From Eledone cirrhosa (taxonomy: Eukaryota), in the NCBI GenBank assembly GCA_964016885.1, contig OZ024742.1:265918001-265982000 (forward strand): a stretch of 64,000 nucleotides of DNA. Reading direction: 5' to 3'. Each line of letters starts with the position of its first letter. The stretch's first letter is position 1. The position numbers and the translations under genes were made by a program. Shown here piece after piece: positions 1-16,039 of this stretch. A model generated the notes under the pieces. That model ran no database searches and was not told where the DNA came from. It saw only the letters and a program-made list of their open reading frames with translations.

Positions 1-590
1 GTCCTTCATCAGAAAATTACAGTATATAAGGAAAATGGATCATGGTATTATAAGTGATCATTGTTTATGTGGTAGGGTAATAAAACTAAAAATATAAAAC
101 CAAAGTATGAAGAAATAAGTAGTAACTTCTATAGAGATAAAGGTAGGGAAGGTAAGCTGCTGGTGTAAGTCCAGGTCAGGAAAATAAGGACAGACGAAAT
201 GAAGATATCAAATTACAGCAGTTAGTGGCTATAAGATAGCTAGAGTAGAAATTCTAGTGATTGGCTATAAGATAGCTAGAGTAGAAATTCTAGTGATAAT
301 AGTGGAAGAGAGATATAATATTTTAAGAATATTAAAACACCAAGGTATTATAATATTTTAAGAATATCAAAACACCAAGGTATTAAAAAGGAAACCCAGA
401 AACGGTATATGGAGAAATGATGAAAAACAGGAAAAAACTCTATATAGATACATAGACTAAAAGAAAAGGATGAAGAAATAAGTAGTAACTTCTATAGAGA
501 TAAAGGTAGGGAAGATAAGCTGTTGGTTTATGTCCAGGTCAGAAAAATAAGGACAGACGAAATGAAGATATCAAATTACAGCACTTAGTT
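1..590 (-). mobile_element. PLE-type terminal-repeat remnant with internal duplications; hammerhead 5' half cut by the window edge
   Basis: The reverse complement of 1-16 is TTTTCTGATGAAGGAC, matching the core and helix II start of the hammerhead at 53453. About 108-222 is repeated at about 469-582, and there are short tandem duplications at 226-390. Confidence 0.45.
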
Positions 591-595
591 AAGGG

Positions 596-1059
596 CTAGC
601 TGAAAAAGATTTCCCTGTAATGGGAGTGGAAGGGAAGTAACGTGAAACAGACACTATACTAATTCTATTGAAATTATATTAAATTAAAGAGAGAATTTAC
701 TAATTCTATTGAAATTATATTAAATTAAAGAGAGAATACTAATTCTATTGAAATTATCTTTAATTAAAAAAATTTCACACTCGCTCTTTCACTCACTCTT
801 TGTCTATACGTTGATTTCTCTTTCTCCGTTTATAGCACTCTCTCTTTGTCTATACGTTGCTCTTTCACTCTCTCTTTGTCTATACGTTGATTTCTCTTTC
901 TCCGTTTATAACTTTAGAGACAGTCTAATATAGGGAGTGGTTCAAAGCAGCCAGACTACTCGCTCTTTCACTCTCTGTTTGTCTATACGTTGATTTCTCT
1001 TTCTCCGTTTATATCTTTGGACAAACAAACAAACATACATTCATTTTTATATATATAGA
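596..1059 (-). mobile_element. Non-autonomous Helitron-like element
   Basis: The minus strand starts TCTATATATATAAAAATGAATGTATGTTTGTTTG and ends with a TCCC-attaca-GGGA hairpin shortly before CTAG. It contains internal 30-40 bp tandem repeats. Confidence 0.6.
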
Positions 1060-1103
1060 TTATGGAATACTGTTAGCTTCTCGCTACAATTTCTATACTT
1101 TTC

Positions 1104-1158
<55 letters not shown>

Positions 1159-1303
1159 GGTGTGTGTTGGTTAATTACCGACACTTCAGTATGCAGGTTA
1201 GAGCACTCAACGAAGTGCGCAGGTGGGTCTGTTTACTCCGGAGTAATTTAAAAACAGATATGTTAGTCAACAGGTTAAAATTAACTTCGTTTATTCATAT
1301 TCA

Positions 1304-1361
1304 CTGTTATATATATAGTTGGTGATAACCATTATTCAACAGCTATGACCTCATCAGACAG
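1304..1361 (-). ncRNA. Degenerate type I hammerhead ribozyme
   Basis: Minus strand: CTGT-CTGATGA-GGTcATAGCTGTT gaat AATGGTTATcACC-AA-CTATATATA-TA-ACAG. Helices I and II pair, but GAAA is reduced to AA. Confidence 0.45.
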
Positions 1362-1484
1362 CTAGAACTTGAACAGAAAAAAACAGAAAAACAAAATGAT
1401 AGAATAAAGTTTACTTCTATTATTTCGATCATTTGATATGCCCAGTCCCAAAGTATGGTGTTGTTTTCTCAAAGAACTGGTGGA

Positions 1485-1620
1485 GTTCTTGTTGCTGTAG
1501 CTGGCTGCTATTTCTGCCGTTGTTGCTGCTGTTGCTACCGTTGCTGCTGCTGTTTCTGCCATTGTTACTGTTGTTGCTTCCGGTGCTGCTACTGTTATAA
1601 CCATCGTCCTTTTTGTTACT
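1485..1620. repeat. Degenerate (TGC/TGT)n trinucleotide repeat
   Basis: Visible runs of ctg/ttg/tgc, which explain the Cys-, Ser- and Asn-rich ORFs here. Confidence 0.8.
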
Positions 1621-2436
1621 TCGATGATTTGATAGGCTGTTATATTGGCCATAAGTGTAACCAGTGATACTGATAATAATGGCTGCCTGACTAATTATAA
1701 AAGTAATTATAATTATAACAGCTATAGTAATAATAATGATACTAAACATCCTGGTATTGATGGAAAAATATAATAATATAAGAATATAGTAATATATAGT
1801 ACATATAATATTGCATAATAATCCATATACATACATGCATACATATACGTGTGTATGTACTGACACAAGTGGATGGTTGCATACAGAACAGGAACAGGCT
1901 GGGATGCGACCGGGAGATTAATACCTGACAGTGTTTAAATAAGTGTTTAAAAAATATATATAGCGGCACTGCCGTGAATGTTACAAGTAAAATTACAAAT
2001 AGGTGTCTATAGATTATCTATAAAGGAGTAGCACTGATGTGGAAGAATTCTGTTGAGCTTTCCTAGTTGCGTAGTTTCGCTACTATGAGGTATATGAAAT
2101 GCACAAATAGTGGTTTCAGCCTCCTTAGTGAGAGGATACTGGGATAATTGCTGGCCTTGTGCTAAAAGTAGAAACAATTATTTGATAAATTTATACTCCG
2201 TCACTCATTATCACCTACCTGGGATAAACTACTGACGTGTGGTGCTTTGAGTCGCTAGGAGCTGCTTATTCTCTGGAAGTTACGTCGTCACAACCAAGAC
2301 AAACAACACTCTTCTGTAATATAAATATTATAAAAATAACAGGAGGCTGGACTGGTGTACTTCCTTGAAAGGTTTATTACACTATGATCATTTCAATGAC
2401 CGGTTCTACCCAGTGGTAAACCAACAAGCCTAAATA

Positions 2437-2478
<42 letters not shown>

Positions 2479-2497
2479 ACAACTAGAAATTGATTAA

Positions 2498-2670
2498 CAT
2501 AAACATATGAAACAATCACAGGGGATAATTTTTACAAGTGTGTAAGCACACATAGCTAGGTAGGTAACTAAATAAAGTTAACTAGAACTTCAAAAATAGA
2601 TACCTTATATTATGATTAATCTTCCCTGTATATATTCCATTAAAGAAATATATTTCACCAATATTAATCA
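2498..2670 (+). repeat. Dispersed repeat, second copy at about 29859-30025
   Basis: Both copies share near-identical AACAYATGAAACAATC...CACACATAGCTAGGTAGGTAACTAA...AACTAGAACTTCAAA...ATATTTCACCAAT. Confidence 0.75.
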
Positions 2671-2810
2671 ATTTCTAGTTGTTATAAAATGCTCGGACCT
2701 ATTCATTAGAATCTTAGAGCTTATTTTACGGGTGATATGGCGCATGCCTTTCTGACATGACACCCATAATTTTGATTCAGATTAAATTCATTTTGATTTA
2801 TCTTAATTTT

Positions 2811-2866
<56 letters not shown>

Positions 2867-2999
2867 TTAGGTTTGTTGGTTTAGACACGCGTTTACTGTG
2901 TTTACTTCTACACATTAACATTATAATGCTCAGCATTTATACTTTGAGCTTGTTAATTGCAGGGTATCTATATGAGTTAATAACTCTATATTTTATTTG

Positions 3000-3032
<33 letters not shown>

Positions 3033-3163
3033 GGATACTATTTATAGTTATGTATATTTTAAACTATAAACAGGGAAGGTCAATAATTTTTTACTACCTT
3101 ATTACCAGTAAGATAAATAGCTCAATGTAAGAACATCAGTTGTTCTACAGAGCAGTTATACAG

Positions 3164-3302
3164 AATTCACAAGGATCAAAGCTATGTTCAAAGCATTAAT
3201 TCACTTACAAGCATTGAAAAATGCTCCGAAGAATCCAAGCCTAGGTTTGGATGAAACAATTGTAAGTGAATAAATGCTTTGAACATAGCTTTGATCCTTG
3301 TG

Positions 3303-3306
<4 letters not shown>
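3164..3306 (+). mobile_element. Fold-back element: 47 bp inverted arms around a variant hammerhead
   Basis: 3164-3210 is the near-perfect reverse complement of 3260-3306. The centre reads CCGAAGA-ATCCAAGC CTAG GTTTGGAT-GAAA-CAATTG-TA (core U4>C, palindromic helix III, GUA site). Confidence 0.65.
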
Positions 3307-3354
<48 letters not shown>

Positions 3355-3664
3355 GTATCACCCTTCATCAGTACAACTCACTGTTCACCTGCCAAACTGT
3401 CAGAGCTAGTGAAAAGATATGCTATTTTCAAAAATACATAGTGACTGATCGGCCTGATTTGCATATTAGCTGAATGGCTGATCAGTCAGATCTGCATATA
3501 AGCAGATCCACTGATCAACCAGATTTGCATATCAGCAGACTGGCCAGTCAGTTTCCTGTATACGAGCGATAAATGGCGGGCTTTGCCAAATTCAAATAAA
3601 AAATAAAATGTTCGCTCTACATGGCTGAATACAATAAATGTAATCTGAGTTTTTCGAATATTAT

Positions 3665-4655
<991 letters not shown>

Positions 4656-4735
4656 AACGCGCGTCACCTATCAATAAATGCAATGAAGGAATGATCAATC
4701 GTCCTTTTTATCCTCTCTCTATATAGCTATATATG

Positions 4736-4825
<90 letters not shown>

Positions 4826-4862
4826 TATATCTATATATATATATATATATCTATATATATAC

Positions 4863-4902
<40 letters not shown>

Positions 4903-4914
4903 GTATATATATAC

Positions 4915-4962
<48 letters not shown>

Positions 4963-5039
4963 GTATATATATATATATATGTATACGTATATATATATAT
5001 ATATGTATACGTATATATATATATATATATATGTATACG

Positions 5040-5102
<63 letters not shown>

Positions 5103-5184
5103 GTATATATATATATATACGTATATATATATATATACGTATATATATATATATATATATATATACGTATATATATATATATAC

Positions 5185-5240
<56 letters not shown>

Positions 5241-5303
5241 GTATATATATATATATATACGTATATATATATATATACGTATATATATATATATACGTAT
5301 ATA

Positions 5304-5404
<101 letters not shown>

Positions 5405-5409
5405 GTATA

Positions 5410-5451
<42 letters not shown>

Positions 5452-5606
5452 CGTATATATATATATATATATACGTATATATATATATATACGTATATAT
5501 ATATATATATACGTATATATATATATATATATACGTATATATATATATATACGTATATATATATGTATACGTATATATATATATATACGTATATATATAT
5601 ATATAA

Positions 5607-5667
<61 letters not shown>

Positions 5668-5669
5668 CG

Positions 5670-5707
<38 letters not shown>

Positions 5708-5709
5708 CG

Positions 5710-5745
<36 letters not shown>

Positions 5746-5747
5746 CG

Positions 5748-5781
<34 letters not shown>

Positions 5782-5782
5782 C

Positions 5783-6156
<374 letters not shown>

Positions 6157-6186
6157 GTATATATATATATATATATATATATATAC

Positions 6187-6230
<44 letters not shown>

Positions 6231-6256
6231 GTATATATATATATATATATATATAC

Positions 6257-6332
<76 letters not shown>

Positions 6333-6389
6333 GTATATATATATATATACGTATATATATATATATACGTATATATATATATATACGTA

Positions 6390-6508
<119 letters not shown>

Positions 6509-6714
6509 GTATATATATATATATATACGTATATATATATATATATATATATACGTATATATATATATATATATACGTATATATATATATATACGTATAT
6601 ATATATATATATACGTATATATATATATATATATATACGTATATATATATATATATACGTATATATATATATATACGTATATATATATATATACGTATAT
6701 ATATATATATATAC

Positions 6715-6773
<59 letters not shown>

Positions 6774-6775
6774 CG

Positions 6776-6811
<36 letters not shown>

Positions 6812-6813
6812 CG

Positions 6814-6849
<36 letters not shown>

Positions 6850-6850
6850 C

Positions 6851-6892
<42 letters not shown>

Positions 6893-6916
6893 GTATATAT
6901 ATATATATATATATAC

Positions 6917-7001
<85 letters not shown>

Positions 7002-7003
<2 letters not shown>

Positions 7004-7123
7004 AACCAGTAAGACCCCGACAGCTGAGCTCAAGCCGTTTCGACGGCTAATTCTGGACTCAGAATTCAGTCCCGAATTAGCCGTTGAAACGGCTTGAGCT
7101 CAGCTGTCGGGGTCTTACTGGTT

Positions 7124-7125
<2 letters not shown>
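7002..7125. repeat. Second copy of the 124 bp palindrome (2 substitutions in the right arm)
   Basis: Same sequence and loop orientation as 5974-6097. The right arm has GTCCCGAATT and CCGTTGAAAC. Confidence 0.9.
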
Positions 7126-7172
<47 letters not shown>

Positions 7173-7203
7173 GTATATATATATATATATATATATATAT
7201 ACG

Positions 7204-7237
<34 letters not shown>

Positions 7238-7299
7238 ATATATACGTATATATATATATATATATATATACGTATATATATATATATATATATATATAC

Positions 7300-7365
<66 letters not shown>

Positions 7366-7395
7366 GTATATATATATATATATATATATATATAC

Positions 7396-7465
<70 letters not shown>

Positions 7466-7539
7466 GTATATATATATATATATATATACGTATATATATA
7501 TATATATATATATACGTATATATATATATATATATATAC

Positions 7540-7599
<60 letters not shown>

Positions 7600-7641
7600 G
7601 TATATATATATATACGTATATATATATATATATGTATATAT

Positions 7642-7732
<91 letters not shown>

Positions 7733-7742
7733 TATGTATATA

Positions 7743-7842
<100 letters not shown>

Positions 7843-7844
7843 CG

Positions 7845-7891
<47 letters not shown>

Positions 7892-7892
7892 G

Positions 7893-7939
<47 letters not shown>

Positions 7940-8066
7940 GTATATATATATATATACGTATATATATATATACGTATATATATATATATACGTATATATA
8001 TATACGTATATATATATATATGTAAATATATATATATATATATATACGTATATATATATATATACG

Positions 8067-8108
<42 letters not shown>

Positions 8109-8215
8109 TATACGTATATATATATATATATACGTATATATATATATACGTATATATATATATATACGTATATATATATATATACGTATATATATATATA
8201 CATACATATATATAT

Positions 8216-8371
<156 letters not shown>

Positions 8372-8458
8372 CTTTGAAATGTAACTTTGAAATGTTTTGG
8401 CCAGTATCGGCCCAGGCCATGTCTAACTTAATAGCACCACCTGGCGAAGTCTTTCAAT

Positions 8459-10354
8459 TCAGGATTTGGGCACCATGGCCCATTCGAGAAGAGAATTACT
8501 GTTTGCGGAGACATATCCGGGTGTGGGTGGTTTGTCCGGGATTACTTGGAGGAATTTGTCCAAAGACTTCTTGAATTTTGAGTGGTCAGTTTCTGTTTTG
8601 ACGTGTCCTGGTGTGATGTTGAAGAGAGCAGGGCCGATTGAGGTGAAATAATTGTGCCGTATTGTTGTTATGAGTTGCGATTTAGATTTTTGAATGGGAC
8701 GGATAGCACGGGGCCCAAGCCTTGGGTGTATCTTGAAGGCGATGCCAACATCATTTGGGCAGTGATGATGGAACATTTTCCACATCATGCAGATAATATA
8801 ACGCTCACGGCGACGTTGGAGTGAGTAAAGTTTCAGGTTTTCCAATCGACCCCAGTAGTCAAGGTCTGACATGCCATCTATCTTTTTCGTGATTGCCCTT
8901 TGAGGAGCTTCAAGTTTCATGATACTTTGTTTCGTGTGGGGAGACCACAGTGGACAACAGTATTCAAGGTGTGGTCGGGCGAAAGTAGAGAAGAGAAGGA
9001 TAATGGTGCGGGAATCTCTCGACTGGAAGGTTCTGAGGATCCAGGAACACATTCTGCGGGCCATGTCAACTTTGCTGCTTATATGCGTGGTCCAGCTTAT
9101 GTTGCTGTCCACGGTTACTCCCAAGTCTCTTCCGGGGGGAAGGGAGTACGGGAGTTTCAGAGCATCCTCTTTTCCAAAGTGGATCAGTTCGAATTTGTCC
9201 TCGTTCAGTAACATGTTGTTCTTTTCTGCCCATTGGGTAACAGCCAGTAGGTCTGACTGAAGGCTTATCCGGTCATCCACGCCATTGATGACCTTTTGGA
9301 GCTTGGAATCATCAGCGAAAATTTTAATGTTGCTGTGTTTGATGATGTCAGTGATGTCATTAATATAGATGATGAAGAGAAGTGGGCCCAACACAGTGCC
9401 TTGTGGGACTCCACTACTGACTTTGGCTGGGCTTGATTTGACTCCCTCAACTACAACATGTTGGGTTCTGTTTGACAGGAAGCTCTTGATCCACTGCAGC
9501 AGCTTTCCAGTGACACCAATATTGGACAGCTTTCTCAGTAGAATGTTATGATCAACCCTGTCAAAGGCCTTGCTGAAATCAAGGTAGATAACATCAGTGT
9601 TGGAACCCTCTCCCAAGGCTCTCAAAATGTCATCAAAGTGATGCAGTAGTTGCGTCAGGCAATCCCTTCCATTACGGAATCCATGCTGGTTGGAGTTCAG
9701 CATATTGTTACTCTCAAGGAAGTGGGTCATTCGCGATCTCACCACTCGCTCAAATACCTTAATGATATGAGAGGTGAGTGAGATTGGACGGTAATTCACG
9801 GCAAGGGATTTGTTTCCCTTTTTGAAAACTGGGACAACAGACTGGGATAGAAGGTTTTCTGGCACATATCCAGCATCCAGTGAGTTCCGCCACAGATTGG
9901 CAAGAGGAGAAGCAAGTTGGTGTTGACACGCCTTCAGGACACAAGCAGGGAACCTATCGGGACCTACTGCTGAATTATGCTTGATTTCCTTTATTGCCGC
10001 CAAGACATCAGGGGCGCCAAACGTTATGTCCGATAAGGTGTAATGGGGAGTAACATCGCCGATACAGCCCAGATCGGCCATATCAGGATTGCTGAAAACA
10101 GAGCAGTATTGTTTCTGCAGTATCTCACCCATGGTTTTAGCATTGTCTTGAAGAGTGCCATTTTCATCAATTAGAGGGCCAACAGTAGAGCCAGTGATTT
10201 TGTGTTTTTTTGCAAATGAAAAGAACACTTTGGGATTGAGTTTGGTCTTCTCAATGGCCCAGGCCTCTTCAGCTCTTCTCTGATTGTTGATGAGGGACAT
10301 TATGTTGTTTTGGAGGTTATGTTTTTTAATCTCTAGTGATGAAATGGCAGTCAA
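8459..10354 (-). pseudogene. LINE ORF2 reverse transcriptase region
   Basis: Motifs NYRPISLTS, QHGFR, YLDFSKAFDRVDH, SGVPQGTVLGPLLF, FADD, RDLGV and SLQRRRERY. Confidence 0.92.
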
Positions 10355-11420
10355 GTTGATGTGTTGCTGCTGACAGTATTTCAGCTTGTTGATTTTTTTT
10401 GTTCGTTCTCTTAATTTTTCTGATGAGCGTTTTTCTATTTCTAGGGATTCTGCTCTTAGATTTGTTTATAGTTCTTAATGGGGTGTGTTTATCACATATG
10501 TTTGTAACAGTGTCCACAAATGTCTGCCAGGACTTTTTGATGTTAGTGGGTGTATGAGTGTGCGTGAAGGACCAGTCGACATGTGCAAGATCATGACTGA
10601 TCGCTTCCCAGTTTGCATTGTGGAAATCCATAGCGTCAAACGGATGGACAGGAGAGATGACATTGGGTTTGTATATTGGACGGTGGAATCTCAGATCACA
10701 GAGATCCATGTCATGATCAGAGAGTAGAGTTTTCTCCACTGCAATATTGTGGATATTGTCAGTGTGATTGCTGAAAATTAAGTCTAGGACGTTTTTGTGG
10801 CACCTCGTTGGTTCGAGCACTAGTTGGGATAGGAAGAAATCATCCATGAAGTCAAGAAGTGATTCCACAGCTTCCCTGTCAGAGGTTGAGGCAGAAGAAC
10901 CTGGTGGCAGGGTGTTTGTGGACCAGTCAACTCCGGGGAGGTTGAAGTCCCCCATCATTAAGATGTTGTCAGGGTGACACTCTTGGATGAAACACTTTAT
11001 GCTGTTGAGGCATTCCTTGAAGCATGGTACAGGCGTTTGGGGTGGCCTATAGAGCCCAACTACTAATAGGTTGTTGGTTTGACTGAATACAGTGACTGCC
11101 TCACAGTATCCATTAGTGAATATGTTCATAGCCTCTGTTGAGAAAGAATTATGGACATAAATGGCAGTTCCGCCCTTTCTTCTGCCAGCGCGATCAGCAC
11201 GGATGGCTTTGAAATTTTTCACTTTCACCTCGGCTTCCAAGTGGAGGTTACTGAGATGGGTTTCAGTGAGGACGAAGAAAGGGATGTGGTTTGGATGGAC
11301 ATCAATCCAGTCCTCCAGGAATTTGATCTTCCATTTTTGAGTATTGGTGGAAGGGCTGATGCCTTGGGCGTTAAGCAAAAATGTAGAGGCGAGAGTGGAT
11401 GGTTTTAATTGTTTTGGTGT
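10326..11420 (-). pseudogene. LINE ORF2 apurinic endonuclease region (frameshifted relative to RT near the poly-T at about 10393-10400)
   Basis: Motifs LNAQG, LTETHL, DR...[25 protein letters not shown] and SDH. The I/Y-rich N-terminus of the listed ORF is microsatellite. Confidence 0.88.
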
Positions 11421-11570
11421 GTTGTTAATTTGTTTGTTTGTTAATGGCAGCAATGGGAGTTTGTGCAGTGGGGTGATAGTGGAGGGTGGTGCTGGGTGAT
11501 AGCTCGAATGTTTTTTTCCAGTTCTTTTGCCAGATTCATTATGGCTAAAAAAGAGGAAGAAGTTTCCTTT

Positions 11571-12107
<537 letters not shown>

Positions 12108-12332
12108 AATTAAGTTTAAAAAAAAATTACATCTACGTATGCATACTGAAATACTAGTGTGTATATGAATACACACACGTATACATATGTATATGTAACA
12201 AGTCTTTCACTGGTTGCTTTACTGTGAGCACCCAGCTATTCTGTATGTAAACACACAGACAAACCGGTTTTTAGAGTCACACTGGTTTTTGAGGGAACAC
12301 CTTCCCTCTATTCTCCAGAAAGCCAGACAAGG

Positions 12333-12377
12333 AATATTGAACTAGTTTCGTTGTTGTTACAACTCATCAGCAATATT
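12333..12377 (-). ncRNA. Type I hammerhead ribozyme, canonical core
   Basis: Minus strand: AATATTG-CTGATGA-GTTG taacaa CAAC-GAAA-CTAG-TT-CAATATT. Helix I has 7 bp, helix II has 4 bp, helix III is the palindrome ACTAGT, and the site is GUU. Confidence 0.85.
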
Positions 12378-12418
12378 TACCTATCTACCGGCGAAATTTA
12401 ATTTCGTTTCGTCATTTG

Positions 12419-12795
<377 letters not shown>

Positions 12796-12938
12796 TGCTA
12801 GGGAAAGGATCAGGGGTGTATAACACTCCACTTATCCAGCAGGGATGAGTCCCACTTATAGTGTGGATGAAACAATGTTAGCAAGTAAAGATATGCATAT
12901 GCTATATGCGTTCTTTGTTATTTATTTATTATATTTAT

Positions 12939-13012
<74 letters not shown>

Positions 13013-13013
<1 letters not shown>

Positions 13014-13066
13014 AAAAATAAAAATAAAAATAAAAATAAAAATAAAAATAAAAATAAAAATAAAAA
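13013..13066 (+). repeat. (TAAAAA)n hexamer repeat
   Basis: About 9 units, read directly. Confidence 0.95.
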
Positions 13067-13201
13067 TTAACTATAGCTTTGTAGAATTAGCTTTTAATGA
13101 ATTCCCTTTTCTATCAACCAATGACCTGCACCCATCCAACTCCCCACCCTCTCCTACCACTTGTAGAGACCTATAAATACCATATTTATTTTTTGATACC
13201 C

Positions 13202-13252
13202 AGATTCCTGATGATTTCTAATGAATGAAACAGTTCTAGTCCTGTAGAATCT
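13202..13252 (+). ncRNA. Type I hammerhead ribozyme, canonical core
   Basis: AGATTC-CTGATGA-tTTC taat GAAt-GAAA-CAG ttctagtc CTG-TA-GAATCT. Helix I has 6 bp, helix III is ACAG/CTGT, and the site is GUA. Confidence 0.8.
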
Positions 13253-13335
13253 CATCTATATTAAAACTGTTATACTCTGCTATGTATTGAGTACCTTACT
13301 TACGGTGGTTACCTCCGATTCAACCCGGAATAACG

Positions 13336-14120
<785 letters not shown>

Positions 14121-14126
14121 TTAAGT

Positions 14127-14408
14127 GGAGGCACGTGGTCTAGTAGTAAGGGTGTTGGACTTACGATCATAATGTCGTGGGCTCGATTCCTGGGTTGCGT
14201 GTTGTGTTCTTGAGCAAAACACTTCATTTCACGTTGTTCCAGTATACTCAGCTAAAAATGAGTACCAGCAATAGCTGGACGTTTAACCCTGCGGTGGACT
14301 GGCGTCTTGTCCAGGAGGGAGTCTTGTACTCTCAGTCGCTTCACGCGATGAAACCGGGATAAGCACCGGCCAAATGAGCCTTCTGGCTTAAGACAGACTT
14401 TAGACTTT
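14127..14408 (+). mobile_element. tRNA-derived SINE, family A (resembles Meta-domain SINEs)
   Basis: A box TGGTCTAGTAGT and B box GGCTCGATTCC, followed by GTGTTCTTGAGCAAAACACT and a CCTGCGGTGGACTGGCGTC...GAAACCGGGATAAG body. Several copies occur in the window. Confidence 0.8.
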
Positions 14409-15905
14409 TTTTTTATATATATATATTTAAAGTTTACTGTAAGTAGATTCTTTAAAATGTCTGGACAAGAAATAGTTCAATAAACAAAATGTTCATACAG
14501 TTAATTATGTCTAGCACATCAATTATCGGCGACAGTTTGTTGTGTTAAAACGAGACACAGTTTAAATAAACAAGTGTGCATGTGAAAGAAGATATTGTAT
14601 GAAGCAAACAGAAGGAACACTCCATAATGTGTAATAAAAAAAAATGTGCAGCTTTTCACCAACCGACATGGAATTGTGTACGAATGAGAATAACTTTGTT
14701 GGTGTAATTATGAAAAATGCAATAATTTTAAATGTAGAATAATATTTAACATAAAATAAAAGTAGAATTTGTATGAGAACTTTCAAATTCTATACTTGTC
14801 CTAATTAAGTGCAGATCAATAATTATTTGATCATTACTGGTATGATATCCACCTATAATTTTCTTTAATAGTTTGTTTACTTCATCGTAATGTATTGTTG
14901 TGTTTTTTCCTTGGATAGCCATCAATACTACCAGCCTCTTGTTCGATAAATACCTCACGTGCATTTAATTGTTTTCAAGAGTTTACGTAATGCAGAACCT
15001 GTAATAGCAACGCGTTTACTAAACGCATTGTACCAATCTTCAATACTATTTTGTTACGTGATTCACCGTTCACATACATTCCACCATCGCATTGAAACTT
15101 TTAATTATTTTGTCCTACAAGCCCAATCAAGATAAAAAGGATTTAATAAGAAAAGCACATTGCGAATTAACTCCTGAACTTTATAATCCAGAAACTATTT
15201 CAAAATGGAAAAAAAACAGCAACCTAAAATATTTGCTGTGGGGGAAGTGATTTGAAAACGTTTTAATTGAGCAAACAAGTCTTTGGAATACCAAAAATAT
15301 AAAGACCATTTTCATCATCCTCTTTCATTACAAATTATTCTCCTCTGGTTACACGTAGCTTGTCTATATGATCTTCATCACGTTCAGGATTTTCGCACTT
15401 TCATGAGTCATGTGGTGTAATTTAAAAGCAGCAATTTTTTCCATTGTCCGTTGTAATATGTTGTATACCCTCTTCAACCCACCTCTCGTTTATAAATAAC
15501 TTCATTTTGTCCATACCAAACGTTTTATAACAGCTAAGAATTATCATCATTATTATTGTTTTTTGTCTCTGAACGATACGCCACGCCTGTTTATACTCCC
15601 GGGTTTTTGTTTGTATATATCCTTTTATAATGTTTGTTTGTTTAATGCTGTTACAAAGTGGGTTTAAGGCTTTAGTTATTGTCCTGAACAAGAGACTCCT
15701 CATAATAGTTGAAATTGTGCTGTAAAATGTTTTGGTTTTTTTTAAAGAATGAAGGTTACACCCAACTCCTACTCCTGCCAAAGAGGTAAAATTGTGGAAA
15801 AAAGAATGCGTCAAGAAAATGATTCGGACGGCGATCTGAAGAGAAACAAAACCAATGTCACCACCACTACAGATATCACCAAAAACGTTGCCGACGTCAG
15901 CAAAA

Positions 15906-16025
15906 GCAGCAGCGGTGGCAGCGGCGGCAGCGGCGGCAGCGGCGGAAGCGGCTGCAGCGGCGGCAGCGGCGGCAGCGGCGGCAGCGGCGGCAGCGGCGGC
16001 AGCGGCGGCGGCAGCGGCGGCAGCA
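15906..16025 (+). repeat. (GGCAGCGGC)n GC-rich 9-mer minisatellite
   Basis: Read directly. It gives the GSG- and RCR-repeat ORFs. Confidence 0.92.
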
Positions 16026-16039
16026 GATCCGTGAGCTGT

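Larger units (their letters stand above)
8372..11570 (-). mobile_element. LINE of the CR1/L2 group (APE endonuclease + RT), 5'-truncated, inserted in (TA)n
   Basis: APE and RT motifs on the minus strand. The short 3' UTR ends in tandem ACATTTCAAAGTT, and TA arrays flank both sides. The exact clade cannot be resolved by eye. Confidence 0.9.

Noticed and set aside
12838-12885. Hammerhead-like GGATGA-GTCCCAC ttata GTGTGGAT-GAAA-CAATG-TT
   Set aside because: The core lacks CTGA and helix I is unconvincing. At most it is a decayed copy.
14127-14200. tRNA-like sequences (also at 26497 and 60969)
   Set aside because: No complete cloverleaf, and they continue into SINE bodies.
14430-15800. Short AT-rich ORFs as host exons or a transposase
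   Set aside because: No recognisable motif or consistent frame. A profile search would be needed.
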